Positions 50,296-62,130 of a stretch of 64,000 bases of DNA are shown one piece after another. The translations under genes and the position numbers were made by a program. Source of the stretch: Marsupella aquatica (lineage: Eukaryota; Plantae; Marchantiophyta); assembly GCA_973895155.1 (NCBI GenBank), contig OZ316897.1, positions 9,199,832-9,263,831 on the forward strand, read 5' to 3'. The notes under the pieces are model-generated. The model was not told the origin of the DNA, ran no database searches, and worked only from the letters and a program-made list of their open reading frames with translations. Positions within the stretch are counted from its first letter, which is position 1. The number at the start of each line of letters is the position of its first letter.

Positions 50296-52403
50296 TCAGG
50301 AGGTCCATCGCTGACTCCGAACTCGGTCTTGGATGACTTGTCGTTCCCATTCCGCAACATCATTGAAGGCATGATCGGCCAGCTCCTCGAAGGGAGTTCT
50401 CCATTGGTCATCGACTTTGGCGAGATCGTAAGTCGCCCCTCGGATGGCCTCCTTTTTGGGCCCGCACGGTCGCTTGGATGTTATGAATTGGTACGCTTCC
50501 TCCAACTGCACGATTGTGATTTAGCGCGAAGTGGTTAATAAGTCAGATCAGGTGAACAAAGAAGACTGCACAAGATCACATGATGTCCATCCCGTTTGGG
50601 GACTCGCTGGACCATCAGAAAGTGAAACTTTCTGATTGATATAAGCGTGGACAATTGAGTTTCTATTACTCACATTCATGTTATTGAACCAGAAGAGGTA
50701 TGCTATGGCGACAGCGGGAGCCCTGCCAAGGCCGGCAGTGCAATGCACATACATGGTCCGTCCCTGCTCGAGAGCATGCTCCAAGGCGGACACTGCTCTC
50801 GGCAGCACTGTACGAAGCGAATCGCCATCAAAATCCCGGGCGGGTCGGCGAATGTGCCATACACCGAGCTCCTCACACCTTCTGAGTATACTTTGCAGGT
50901 CAATTCCCCAATACTGCACGTCCTTGTCCTGCTGCAGGTTGAGGATGGCCCCCACCTTCTCGTCGTGGAACAGCTTGTCGATGTCGCTTGCGCTTTGAGG
51001 TTGCGATCCCACAATCAAGGTCGGCGTGATTCTGGTGTAGTACATTCCTGTACAAAGGGACGAAATTAAATCAAATCAGGTCAGGTCAGATGCCAAAACC
51101 AAGCCAACCTTGACCGCTGTCTCCCTCCGTGCCTTCCCATCCACGTTCGGTCCAAGAGCCAAATCATCACGCTCCTCGAGACGGACTAGCTAGCTACTGT
51201 ACTATAGCTAACCAGGGCAATTCGATCCTACAGTGCTGCGCTGAAGGAGGTATGGCCCAACGAAGTTAAGATCTTGATCCTCAGCTCTAGGATAAAGAAC
51301 AGGTGATAAGAGCCCAGACCCAGAACTTAAATCAAATTCAGACTGGATAATCCCCTAAACATCACAATGCTTACTGGAAGCGCAAACTAAGTTATAGAGT
51401 TCTCGAAGCAAATTTCAAGGAATTTGATCACTCCAAAGCAAACGAAACTGTTTCTCTTGCAGAATTTCTCTTCTGCAACACAAAGCTCCGTCAAATCAAA
51501 ATTGCAAGATCTGATAGACATGATTCATCGGACTCGCATTTAATTTGAGTACTTCCGCTGCAACTGACGGTGAGAATTTAACAATGTAAATCACAACTCT
51601 GCAACTAATGATGCGCTTCGTCCTTTCGTGCCTTTTCTTGAGAATGTTCTTTATATTATTCTCCTTCGTCCTTTCGTGCTTTTTCTTGAGAATGTTCTTT
51701 ATATTATTCTCCAATTTTTGCTTTCATATATTTGCTGCTGCGGTCTGAAAACTGAGAAATCTGATTGATTTATTGACTGCCTCAAATTGCAGGAAACGCT
51801 ATTCATGCCGACAACCTTCAACGACAGTACGACCAAGAAATTTTACTGCTTTCAACCCTATTTTCGCGTTCATAAATTCATTTCTCGTCCACCTTTTGGA
51901 ATAATTACAAGGGCTTCTAGCAAGCAATCTCTTAGGCAGCGATGGAATTGAGATCCCAAGCCGGATACCGAAGCCCCACAACCGGGGGAACCTTTGGCAG
52001 TCCCTGCAGAAGTTATTAAGTGCGATCTACTCTCCAAATCTGTTCTTAACAGAGCTGAGTTTAGGGCAGAGTATGATTCAAAGAGCCGGACGTTGAATTG
52101 TAATGAAGATTCGGAAACTAGTAAGGCTTTCTTACCAAGCTCGTGGTGGTATTCATATGGATTCTTCATCTGCCGCTTCATCCTGGCATTGTAATCATCG
52201 CTCCCAGGCGTTTGAGTTGCCACAGCACGAACGGAGACATCTTTCCCTCCACTGGTAACAGCCCCCCGGTGTACAGTAGATACCGGAAATCCATACAACA
52301 TCGTCCTCATTGTAGACGACCTGCTTGTGGAAACCAACGAATCCCCTCCTACTCCGCAAACTGCCACAGATGAAGATGTCACCGTCCACCCCAAGCTTGC
52401 CAT
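50296..52403 (-). CDS. LSF2: Chloroplast phosphoglucan phosphatase LIKE SEX FOUR 2, 3 exons, 283 aa
   Basis: Exons 52403-52136, 51047-50674, 50505-50296; GT-AG, 852 nt. S/T-rich transit peptide; MKNPYEYHHELGMYY; IVGSQPQ; ARDFD; catalytic HCTAGLGRA; SKRPCGPKKEAIRGATYDLAK; no CBM48. Confidence 0.95.
51616..51712 (+). repeat. 48-bp tandem duplication in LSF2 intron 1
   Basis: cttcgtcctttcgtgc.ttttcttgagaatgttctttatattattctc occurs twice. Confidence 0.9.
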
Positions 52404-52673
52404 TGCTCGCAAGATGCTTTGCAACTCCCGAATGATCCAATGCTATTCGCGTAGACACCTATTTGAACACAAGATCAGGAGGCAATCCAGAATGATATCG
52501 GTACGTGACGATCACTGACAATTCTCTTCACCACCTAGTGTAGTTCCGTCGAAGGCACCATAGCTGTGGACATTATGGTACTGCTTGAGCCACGAGGAAT
52601 TATACCGAATGGCACGTCTTCTACTGTGCAGCTTGAAGGCAGCAGAAACATCGACTAAGAGCAATTTCTGAAC

Positions 52674-52945
52674 CCTCACTCCACCCCTGAAATTCCTCAG
52701 CCCTTCGTCTGTTCAGGACAGTACTAATGTGGTTACAACGAAGAGCAAGTCTATGGCATTCTCCACCGTCCTCACTCCACCCCTGAAATTCCTCAGCCCT
52801 TCGTCAATTCAGGACAGTACTAATGTGGTTCCAACGCAGAGCAAGTCTATGGGATTCTCCACCGTCCTCACTCCACCCCTGAAATTGCTCAGCCCTTCGT
52901 CCGTTCGGCGCTGCAATTGGAACCATGAGCAAGTCTATGGAGTTC
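52674..52945 (+). repeat. 96-bp tandem repeat (~2.7 copies) upstream of LSF2
   Basis: cctcactccacccctgaaatt.ctcagcccttcgtc at 52674, 52770 and 52866. Confidence 0.9.
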
Positions 52946-53364
52946 TGCGCCACGAATTGTCCTTGACACTCCTCAAGACCCTCGTCCTTTTGGAGGCAGA
53001 GCAAGTCGGCAGAGGTACTTCGCCCATCGAGTATCTATGGTTTGAGCGAAGAATGACTGGAAATGTGATTTCACGTGTGTTTTGAGTGGAATGTGCTGAA
53101 ATTGTGGGGCAACGTCAGCCTCTGCCGAATTTCGGAGTGAGGATACTCAGAGGATATTCCCGAGCATACTAAGGGCTCTACGGACAAAATTGATGCCTGT
53201 CCACCCCTAGGGAAAAACAAATGGGGTAATAATTAAGGGGGAAGAATTTGATAATCCCTTTTTTGACTCCCCACCAGAACTAAATAGGTGTATAGTAATA
53301 GCTAGGTTCCAGTGGCTGGGAGTGAGGGGTACAGATGTGTGTCAAATCCTTGAACCAAGAACAT

Positions 53365-53822
53365 CCCGGTTTGGACTTGCCCGGCAAATGAGGGGTCTGG
53401 ACCCCGTCATCCGTCACACCCGGTCGTCTCGACCGCCCGGTCCCAACCCCACCCCAACCCCATCCCAACCCAACCCCGTCCCAACCTCGCCCCCACCCCA
53501 CCGGTCCTCGACCCCACCCTGACCCCACCTGGTCCCCAGCCCATCCGGTCCAAACCCCGTCCCAACCCGGTCCTTGGCCCCGGCCCCGACCCCGACCCCG
53601 ACCCCGAACTGGGGGACCGGCTTGCTACACCGGGGGAGTATGGGGAGCCCAGGACCAGGCCGTGAAGGGGTTTGGGAAAATTCTGGACCACCAGGGGAAT
53701 AAAGAGGAATATGCATCATTTGGCCCATGCATTTTGGAGCCATAATGTACGAGTGTATGTGTCGGGCAACACATAAACTTGCCCGTCAACTCACGTAAAC
53801 TTGCCCGTCAACTCAAACCGGG
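53365..53822. mobile_element. Non-autonomous TIR element (MITE-like, 458 bp) with 8-bp TSD and C-rich core (G-rich on minus strand)
   Basis: TIR cccggtttg/caaaccggg. TSD aagaacat (53357-53364) versus aacaacat (53823-53830), 7/8 match. Subterminal ttgcccgtcaa motifs shared with 22545-23010. Confidence 0.78.
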
Positions 53823-54559
53823 AACAACATTATAGATTTTTGAGGGACTTAGGGGTGTATAAATACTGTAGATTATGATTTTCCCTCACACTCCCTATTG
53901 AACTCCAGGGGTACCCCCCGTTCCTGTATAATAGCACTGCAAGGCATTCTCATTGGCTCTCAAGTCCAAAACTCATATTTTTAAATACTGTGTACACCTT
54001 AAAATAGAGCATATTTGGGCCACAGAGGGTGTCAGAGGGAGTCATCATACTCCCTACCACTGGCCCCATGGAACTCAGCCCGAATGTTCCTGAGATGGAC
54101 CATTTATGTGTATCAAGGTTGACCATATGTCACATGGATGCATATGCTAGGAGTGATACGGAAGGCTAATACTCATAATGGCCCACCATGAAACCATTGG
54201 TAAAACTTAAGGGTAATTTTGTATATGGCTTCCAGCATGTTTTGGCTCAAACCCCACAATACAAAAATATCACCATCTGGGACACAATTTGATTGTATAG
54301 CCTTGCACATCCCAGAAACTCACTACTGTATAAATGCCTCAGACCAAATCTACCATTATGAGATGTCAAATGATGGTATGGCAGATCCTAATTTGCCCAA
54401 ATACTTATTTAGTCAACTACATCCCTTAACGGTTCCACTAACTCTCTGGCCCTGGCTAGATTTGCCTCCTTTGCTCCATTCCTACCTGGGTTCCTACCCT
54501 CCAGTAGTGGCCACATGTTGCCTGCCCTTGGACCACTTTCTGGTACCGACCCATGTTCC

Positions 54560-54942
54560 CTTCCGATACGTAGACCATCGGACATTCCAATATGCAGACC
54601 ATTGGACATTCCGATACTATGAATTATGCAACTTTTGATGCTGGATACAACGGACATTCCGATAGAAGATATATCAGACCCCAAACTTGTACAAGTGAGC
54701 TCGCCAGTTGGATATCCGACTTTTGTCATATCGGATACAAAACTTCCGAAAGGGTTTGCAACGCAACAACCGATGCTTGGAGAAACGGAAAGTCCTAAGG
54801 TTGTCCGATGGTCCGTGTCCAATACGCAGAGAATGGGAAAGTGTGAAGCGGGTTACATCCGAAGAGCCAAAATTTGTGTGCGACTTTCCTGAAGGGATCC
54901 AATGGAGATGGTATCGGAGAAAGGCCCAAAAATGTACTAGTG
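54560..54942. mobile_element. Probable CACTA/En-Spm-like terminus with subterminal repeats
   Basis: Ends ...aaaatgtactagtg (reverse complement CACTAGTACATTTT), preceded by many ccgata/tatcgg/ggacattccgata motifs in both orientations. The opposite end was not found. Confidence 0.45.
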
Positions 54943-55099
54943 CCTAAACTCCAAAACGGATATATGCAGGAAGAAAAGTTGCTTTTCATACAGAAACATA
55001 AGGCGGATTGCTGTTGTGTTTCTTGTTAAACATTTTGAAGGCGGCTATGGCTGTGCGGAGGCAGTAAGCTGGGGGAATTACCCCTACACAATGGCAAGG

Positions 55100-56830
55100 A
55101 AGAGATCGTGAAGAACGGGGCGGCTGACAAATCTGTGTGTTGTGTGGGATACTTCATCAAGAACTCCGTGGACTACTCTTTGGAGTGTTCCGATGCAATC
55201 GTGTTGGGGCATCCCATCTTTGACTTTGGCATTGGTGAGGTAGTTACTTGGAGATCAAATAGCTGGGGCTTGACTGGGTGTGCAGCTGGTGCGGGAGCTG
55301 GTGATCGAGCACCGACGAGAGACTGCCCCACTGGACTTCAAATTTATTGTGCGTTCGTGTTGATGGATACCTTACGAGGGTTTGGTGAGCTTACATTTAT
55401 CGTAGAGCAAATTTAGAGGGCTGGTGCGGCCAGGTGCGGGGGGGTTGGACCGGTGCATTGCTTTGGCGGCGAGCTCACTAGGGGCGGCGATCTGGCAGGT
55501 AAGCTCAGCGGATCCAAGTGGGTCACATTCATCTTATAGAATTGCAATTAAGGTCAACTTGAAGCAGGTAGGAAGAAAGATTGTGATGGAGTACTATGGC
55601 CTGGTGGAGCCCCTCGCTTGGTTGCAGGGATCCCGTGACGGGCGTCGTGCTGCAGGCAAGCAGAAGCACTCATCTAAGGAACTCACGAGAGACATGCTGA
55701 TGGATGATGTGAGGACAGGTGGAAGTGGTAGAGAAGCGGAATGCAGCGATAAAGGAAATATGGGCGTAGAGAAAGGGCTGACGAGGGACCAATTCTTGGC
55801 TCAAGATGTGCGGATAGATAGGCCAGGGTGGCGTTAATGCGGGACGCTCCTGGGGAATGGGGTTTTAATTGGCATGTTGGGCCCCAATCCTCTAAACATT
55901 TGCAAGAACAACAAAGTTGGGCGGATCAGATGGATATGGAGACTGGCAACCCACTGGACCCTTCGAATGGTGGGCTTGCCACATTGACATTGCACCTGAT
56001 ACGGTGGTGGGGAGAAGTGCACAGCCCTAGGTCACTGCACAGAGCTGGAAAGAATGTTGGATGCTTGCCAGGTCTGGACCTATGCATTTGGCAAGTGAAT
56101 GAGGACGAGGAGACATCTGAGGAGTGCATCAGAATTTTGTGAGATATCGCTCTCCGCTCAAAGGGAGACCTGGACAAGAAACTGTTTGCCACAGTGGACT
56201 GGAATGTGGTTGAAGCTGCGCTGAATGTGGCTGAAGCTTCGCTGAATGTGGCTGAAGCTTTGCTGAATTATACAATTGTGCATTCACTGCTATACTTTTT
56301 AACAGATAGGCCTCCATTGCTGCCGGTATTCAGGGCCTGGGTGGAGGAGGAGATGACCAATCAAGGGAATTGGCCGGTACTACAAATCAAATTTGTCGAT
56401 AAAAAGCTTTTACCTGATTGTTTTTGAGCATCTAGACCACCGAGATATGGCCCTTAACTATGCTTCATGGTTTATGGGCCGGCGCTTTGTGTACATATTC
56501 CCATGGGACCTGTCCTTTGACATCAAAGAAGAGACATTCACAAAACTCCCCGTCTGGATAGAAATCCTTTTTCAAAATCTGGTGCTGGAAGGGTGTAGGA
56601 GGAAGATTGCAGGCTCATTGGGCACTTTGCTTTATTACATACAAGGTGATGAATTTAGCTCTTACCCCCATGATCGAGCCTGTATCCTATGGCACACTTA
56701 TGGGGAAGTCCCGGCAAGTGTTAGAATTTGGATTCGGGAGGACATTGTAATCTGACAATGAATCACCTTTTATAGCATCCCATACCACTGTTTTAAATGT
56801 AATAAGAAGGGGCATCTGGCACGCAGCTAC
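55100..56830 (+). mobile_element. Degenerate L1 LINE ORF1 (DUF4283-like domain plus CCHC knuckle)
   Basis: FYLIVFE..DHRD.AL...WFMGRRFVYIFPW, KLPVWIE, IAGSLG.LL, HDRACILW and CFKCNKKGHLAR, with stops and frameshifts. The 5' boundary is approximate. Confidence 0.75.
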
Positions 56831-57679
56831 AAAGAGGGCATGGAGGGAGCTTCCCCTGTCGAGGTTGAGAAAGACTTCCCTGAAGAAAAAGATGATATAT
56901 GAACGTCATTCACAAGCCGATGCGGAGGAAGTGCGTAGACTAGTGGAGAATGCAGCTGCAAGGACTAAATTCCGTGCGGCGAGAGGGAGGCTACCTAGAC
57001 TTATGACGCTACCAATTTCAGTGGAAGATGACATTGCGCAAGTGGAGCTACTAATTATGGATAACAATGTTTGCCGGAGTGAGAGGCAATTGGCGAGCTC
57101 TTTGGTAATGGGAACTCAGCACTTATCAGAGCACCTTCTAATGTGTGTACTAATGTGGAAGTGGATTTGCTTGTTAATTCCGGGCCGGCTAAGGCTGTGC
57201 TTGCACCTTTGGCTAAAGCAGTCCTATGGAGGGCAGAAGGAAATTGGGACAATGTAAGGTCTCCCTGGATGCGAATGCGCTGTGCTTTGGGCCGGATCCC
57301 TCTACCAGGGGGCGGGGGAGGCAATCTCATCTCGCATACCTGGCTCTCTTTCTGGAGCGGAGGGGAACGAACTTTCTCTTACCACGAGGACTCGGATGCA
57401 AAAATGTCTGAATGCAAAGCTTATATTTCTAACAGTAAATTTAAGGCTCGCGCTAGGAAGCAGGAGTTAGGAACCACCCCCCCCCCCCCCCGACAGATGC
57501 AAGAGATAAATTAAAAGGCAAAGCTAAGAAACAACATTCACTAAACTTCTCACGGCACTGCTTGTCTGATGCAGGCGTGGTATAATATTAATTAATAACT
57601 AATGAAGTTGGTTGTGACATTGATTAGGAACTTAGAGATGATTAACATAAAACTGATAAAAGGGAGACTGAGTCCCTCT

Positions 57680-57900
57680 TCATTCTGCTCATTCTCTTCT
57701 CTTCTTTTCTTTTCCCCTTGCTTATTCTTTTGCCTTTTTTTGGCCAAAGCGACCTCAGAGGCATTTGCTGGGGCAAGCGGTATGGCGCCACTTGCAACCT
57801 ACCATTTGCCTAGGTGGTCGTGGAGGGACGCCCTGGTATTATCCTTGAGTTGAACCCGAGACCTCCCCCTCGCGAGAGTGATCACTATAATAATGGAGAC
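57680..57900 (-). mobile_element. Possible tRNA-derived SINE
   Basis: Minus strand: tRNA-like head with an A-box-like tatagtg and a B-box ggttcaactc (57847-57856), then a ~100-nt body and an A/G-rich tail. Confidence 0.4.
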
Positions 57901-58089
57901 ACTCATGTATTGGTGACAAGAACTAAACACTCAAAAAACTTATAAAGGGAAGTTCAGCTTTTGGGACCAAACCTCTTTGGTCACTGACATTTCTTTAACA
58001 TGACACACATGTTTTTAACATGACAGAGCACATAGAAGATACACACAGGACACACGTGTTTTTAACATGACAGAGCACATAGAAGATTA

Positions 58090-58512
58090 CACAGTCTGAC
58101 AGTCGGTTCACCACGTATTTGTGGAAGGGAGACAGAATTTTGGCGCATCTTTAAAGTGAGACTAGATCTGGAAGATGCTTTTGCTCTCATGCTTTTGCTC
58201 TCAAAGGCGGGGCTGCACGAGCCAAATTCACGTGGAGGAGAACTCGGCAGGGGTCAATCATACAATCAAAGTTGTATCCGTTCCACGTGAGCGAACAGGC
58301 TGGTGGTTAGGCAAAATTGTGGAGCTCTGTCATGAGGGGGGATCGGCTTTTTCAGACCATGATCCAATCCTTTTGAAGGTGCGTCTCGCCGGGCCTGCAT
58401 TAGGGGGAGCACGAGGAAGCACCCGTTTTTTCATGGCCAATCCGGCTTTTCTAAGGAGCAAAGAGGATGTTGAACAACTGGCAGCTGCTTGGGAGGATTG
58501 GGAGGAAGGGAA
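58090..58512 (+). mobile_element. L1 LINE ORF2 APE-endonuclease remnant
   Basis: FSDHDPILLKV followed by FFMANPAFL......L.AAW, the typical L1 EN C-terminal and linker motifs. Confidence 0.65.
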
Positions 58513-58657
58513 GACCGTTTATATTGTGTGTGGAATTGCTCATTTGGTTGAGAACGGCACTTGATTTGTGTTCACCATATCTACTCCGAAGCAGCAGTCA
58601 GAAGAATAGATCTCCGATCTGGCCCAAAAGCAACGGAATAGCTCGTTCCAGATCGAC

Positions 58658-60094
58658 ATGGGTATTAAGAAGCATGCGTTGGTGATACCAGTGTGCCTGC
58701 ACGCCCACTTCCTCGGCTTATATAGGCATTCTGTCGATCTGGCGAAGAAAGGTGTCACTATCACTTTCGTGGGTCTCGGAAGGGAAATCGTACTCCTGAA
58801 GACCTTCGAAGAGCTGCAAGGGCTGGACTTCAATCTGGTGTCTTACCAGGACTACGGGTCAGAAAATTTTGTGTCCGTTGGAGACCCTCTGTTGGACATT
58901 CTCGAGTTCCTGCCAGCTTCAAAGGCCCTCTTGCAGCCTATCCTTGACAAGCTGGTGGCGGACAAGAAGGCAGGACTTCCTGGTCCTACCTGCCTCATCG
59001 GGGACAGGTTCCTGATATGCGCCTCCGATGCAGCCAAGGACTTGGGCATTCCTTATTTCCAGTTCTGGAGCTGTGGAACGACCTTCGTGAGAGCACTACA
59101 AGCACAAGTTCCGCTGTATGCTGATGGTACCTTGACCATCAAAGAAGGGCCAGGGGGGTCCCCATACTTGGAACCATTTGAGGGCCATTTGCATATACAG
59201 GGTCTTCCACCACTAGAGTATCGAGATATGATAAGACCTCCGACGATGGATTTCGAAAAAGTGTCGATCGTCAACTACCTTGGTGTAAGGATCAACGTAA
59301 ACAAAGCTGATGGCTTGATCGTGAACTCCTTTTACGACTTGGAATCCCCACAGATCGAGGCGCTAGAACAGAGTTGGAAAGATAATTCTCTAGCGAAGAT
59401 CCCGAAATTATATCTCGTTGGACCCATTTCAAATGCTGTAACCTTCAAGGATCGGTCCCTTGTGGACTTGAAAAGCAGTGGAGGTGATTCGTTAAGATGG
59501 CTCGATGGACGGCCACCTCTATCGGTGGTCTATATCTGCATTGGTAGTGTAGCTCGTTTATCCCCCCCTCAGGTAGAGGAGTTAGCTCTAGCTCTCGAGG
59601 CTAGTGAGCAAAGTTTTCTGTGGGTGGTTTCTCGAGGTGTTGTAGATTTAATCCCCCCCGGTTTCGAAGCACGAACGAAAGAAAAAGGATTGGTGGTGGG
59701 TGGCTGGGTGCCACAGCTGCAGATTTTACATCACTCTGCTATTGGAGGCTTTTTGACGCACTGTGGATGGAATTCTATCATCGAAAGCATTACTGCGGGC
59801 GTGCCAATGGCAGCTTGGCCTCAGATGTCAGGTGATCAGTTCATAAATTGCAAGCACCTGGTGGACGAGCTGAAGGTTGCAGTCGAAGTGAGAAACGAAG
59901 ATGCCGGTAAGAATTTTGTGAATCTCGAGAAGGCAGTGAGGCTTCTACTGTCAGAGGAGGGAAACCCTTTGAGGGCACGAGTTCAGGAGCTGAAGAAGAA
60001 AGCCGAAGCAGCTGTAGCAGATGGAGGACCCAGCAAGAAGGCACTGAATGATATTGTAGAATCTATTCCATCTTGGAAGGTGACACCACCTTAG
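58658..60094 (+). CDS. Family-1 UDP-glycosyltransferase (478 aa, intronless)
   Basis: N-terminal HALVIP...H (catalytic His); CLIGD (catalytic Asp); VNSFYDLE; WLD...SVVYI; PSPG box WVPQLQILHHSAIGGFLTHCGWNSIIESITAGVPMAAWPQMSGDQ; A..GGPS. Confidence 0.95.
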   Translation: MGIKKHALVIPVCLHAHFLGLYRHSVDLAKKGVTITFVGLGREIVLLKTFEELQGLDFNLVSYQDYGSENFVSVGDPLLDILEFLPASKALLQPILDKLVADKKAGLPGPTCLIGDRFLICASDAAKDLGIPYFQFWSCGTTFVRALQAQVPLYADGTLTIKEGPGGSPYLEPFEGHLHIQGLPPLEYRDMIRPPTMDFEKVSIVNYLGVRINVNKADGLIVNSFYDLESPQIEALEQSWKDNSLAKIPKLYLVGPISNAVTFKDRSLVDLKSSGGDSLRWLDGRPPLSVVYICIGSVARLSPPQVEELALALEASEQSFLWVVSRGVVDLIPPGFEARTKEKGLVVGGWVPQLQILHHSAIGGFLTHCGWNSIIESITAGVPMAAWPQMSGDQFINCKHLVDELKVAVEVRNEDAGKNFVNLEKAVRLLLSEEGNPLRARVQELKKKAEAAVADGGPSKKALNDIVESIPSWKVTPP

Positions 60095-60877
60095 AATGGG
60101 CCCTTTCAATGTCAGTGCAGTCCCGATTCAAACTCTACCGTGCCGACGAAGACTTGTGCCGTGGTGTTACTTCGGAGTCCCAGAATTCGCGGTGTGAGTC
60201 CAATGCTGGTGTGAGGCCACTACTTAGGCGTCTAAACCCTACACATTCTAGGGCTCCTTCCCGTCACCCGGATACCTCCGCTCGACAATGAACACCGGGA
60301 ACAAAATTCCGGCCATACACTGGCCATGTTCAATAACCCCTCTATTGGACATAGGAATCTGAGACGCAAGAAAGGGGCCACTGCATCAGAGAGCGTGAGC
60401 ACATAGAGCGGAGCACAATTGAAAGAGAAGAAAAATGTAGTTTTTTAAACTTTAAAATTTCTAGAAAATTAAATATTTTATATTGAAATTTTTTAAGAGA
60501 GATAATAGTTTATTTGTATTGAAGTTTTTCAAAAATTTGAATATTTTTTATCCAAAATTTCTAATTTAACTTTAAAAATTTTACATATAAATTAATTTAA
60601 TTAAGCTTTTCATCTTGGGCAGGCTAAGGCATCTTGGACCCAAGAAAAAACAAAAGGGGGCATCTTGGACAGATGTTTATTTTAGATGAGCACATGGATA
60701 GATCTGAGGGTGTTCAAAACATAATGTTTTGATGAAAGGTCAAAATTGGTTCACATTTTTTTATTAGGATAGAGTATTATAGTGGTAAAAAATGGTAGAG
60801 GGAGGAACAGTTTATATGCATGGATGACTTCTTATGCATGGAATTAAGATCAATGGGACTCTCTTACATTGGCAGCA

Positions 60878-60963
60878 CACTTTTCTTGCTTGGAAAACAG
60901 TGTCACTTTTCCCCTCCGCACTTTTCTTGCTTGGAAAACAGTGTCACTTTTCCCCTTCGCACT
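60878..60963 (+). repeat. 41-bp tandem duplication
   Basis: cacttttcttgcttggaaaacagtgtcacttttcccct.cg occurs twice. Confidence 0.9.
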
Positions 60964-61936
60964 AAAAGTAATTAAATTTTTGTTTATTTTTGTCAAATTG
61001 TTTACCCTTGGGCTCTGTAAATTCAAAAGATGACCACTCTATGAAAGAGCAGGGCCTTGTATTATAGTTCTTGATTGACTGTTCTTTGATGGGTTTTCAA
61101 GATATCAATCTACAGCTGTCATAATGATTGTTCATACACTAGGGAAATTACCCCATCAGAGTTGGGGCTGCTTTTCAGTTAGCCCCTAAAGATATATACA
61201 GTGATCTGCAAAGATAATACATACAGTGAATTACAAAAAAGGACATTGATAGACTCTATGCTTACGGAATACCAAATGTGTCTCAGAGTGTTTTTCTTAG
61301 AAAGCACGCAGATGTTACAAAATATGTAAGATAAAGGGTATTGTGTTTTATTTAAATTATGAAATAGTATGAGTTCCAATGAAAAAATTCACTCTGCTTT
61401 GTAAAAAAAAAGAGAATTGTTAGGGACTATGAATGATAGGTTGGACAAACAATTTCATAGGGTTTCATGGAGAGTAATAATTCTTTTTTAAGATTTTGGC
61501 TTGAAATAATTGTAAACATGTGGCACATATTATGTTTTGGAAGTGGGGATCGCTTTTATGGAAGAAGTAAAATGGCAAGGAAAAATGAAGGAGAATTAGA
61601 GACGGAATTTTAATCCAAAACAAAATGTATAAAAGAGTCCCATCAAAAACATTTGAATAGTAGAGAATGATGTATGAATATTTTACTTTCCAACAAAAAA
61701 AATTGCACAAAAAATACTTATGCAAAAGAAATCTCAAAACTAAGAGTGACAGCAAAACCATGAATAAATAAAAGTTTCAACCAGTGCACCAAATAACAAA
61801 TTGCATCGCCACACAAAAAAAGGTTTGCACACAAAACAAGTGCGTTGTAGTAAAAAAACATGCCCCATCAAAGAACCTGCCGAACACTTTTTGGGGAGGT
61901 GGAATTTGGAAGTAATTCACACCTAAAAAATACGCT

Positions 61937-62130
61937 GGTGGGGAACCCATCAGGCCCAGTTCTCTTCCAGAAACCCAGCTGCCAAACGGACCGGGCAGTC
62001 TGCCCAATGCCAGACGAGGACTCAGTTGAACATGTGCAGGATATGGGTGGGGAACCCATCATGCCCGGTTGTTTTCCCAGAGACCCAACTGCCAAAAGGA
62101 CTTGGTAACCTGCCCAATGCCAGACAAGAA
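61937..62130 (+). repeat. ~109-bp imperfect tandem duplication
   Basis: ggtggggaacccatca.gccc...cccag.ctgccaaa.ggac...ctgcccaatgccagac at 61937 and 62046. Confidence 0.8.

Noticed and set aside
52729-53085. 118-aa ORF with a 32-aa repeat
   Set aside because: Translation of the 96-bp tandem repeat, with a GTG start.
57841-57900. tRNA gene
   Set aside because: B-box present but no cloverleaf or acceptor stem; treated as a SINE-like head.
4390-60094. Metabolic gene cluster (SDR + UGT + PPCS)
   Set aside because: No scaffold-forming enzyme, the genes are far apart, and most are unrelated housekeeping functions.
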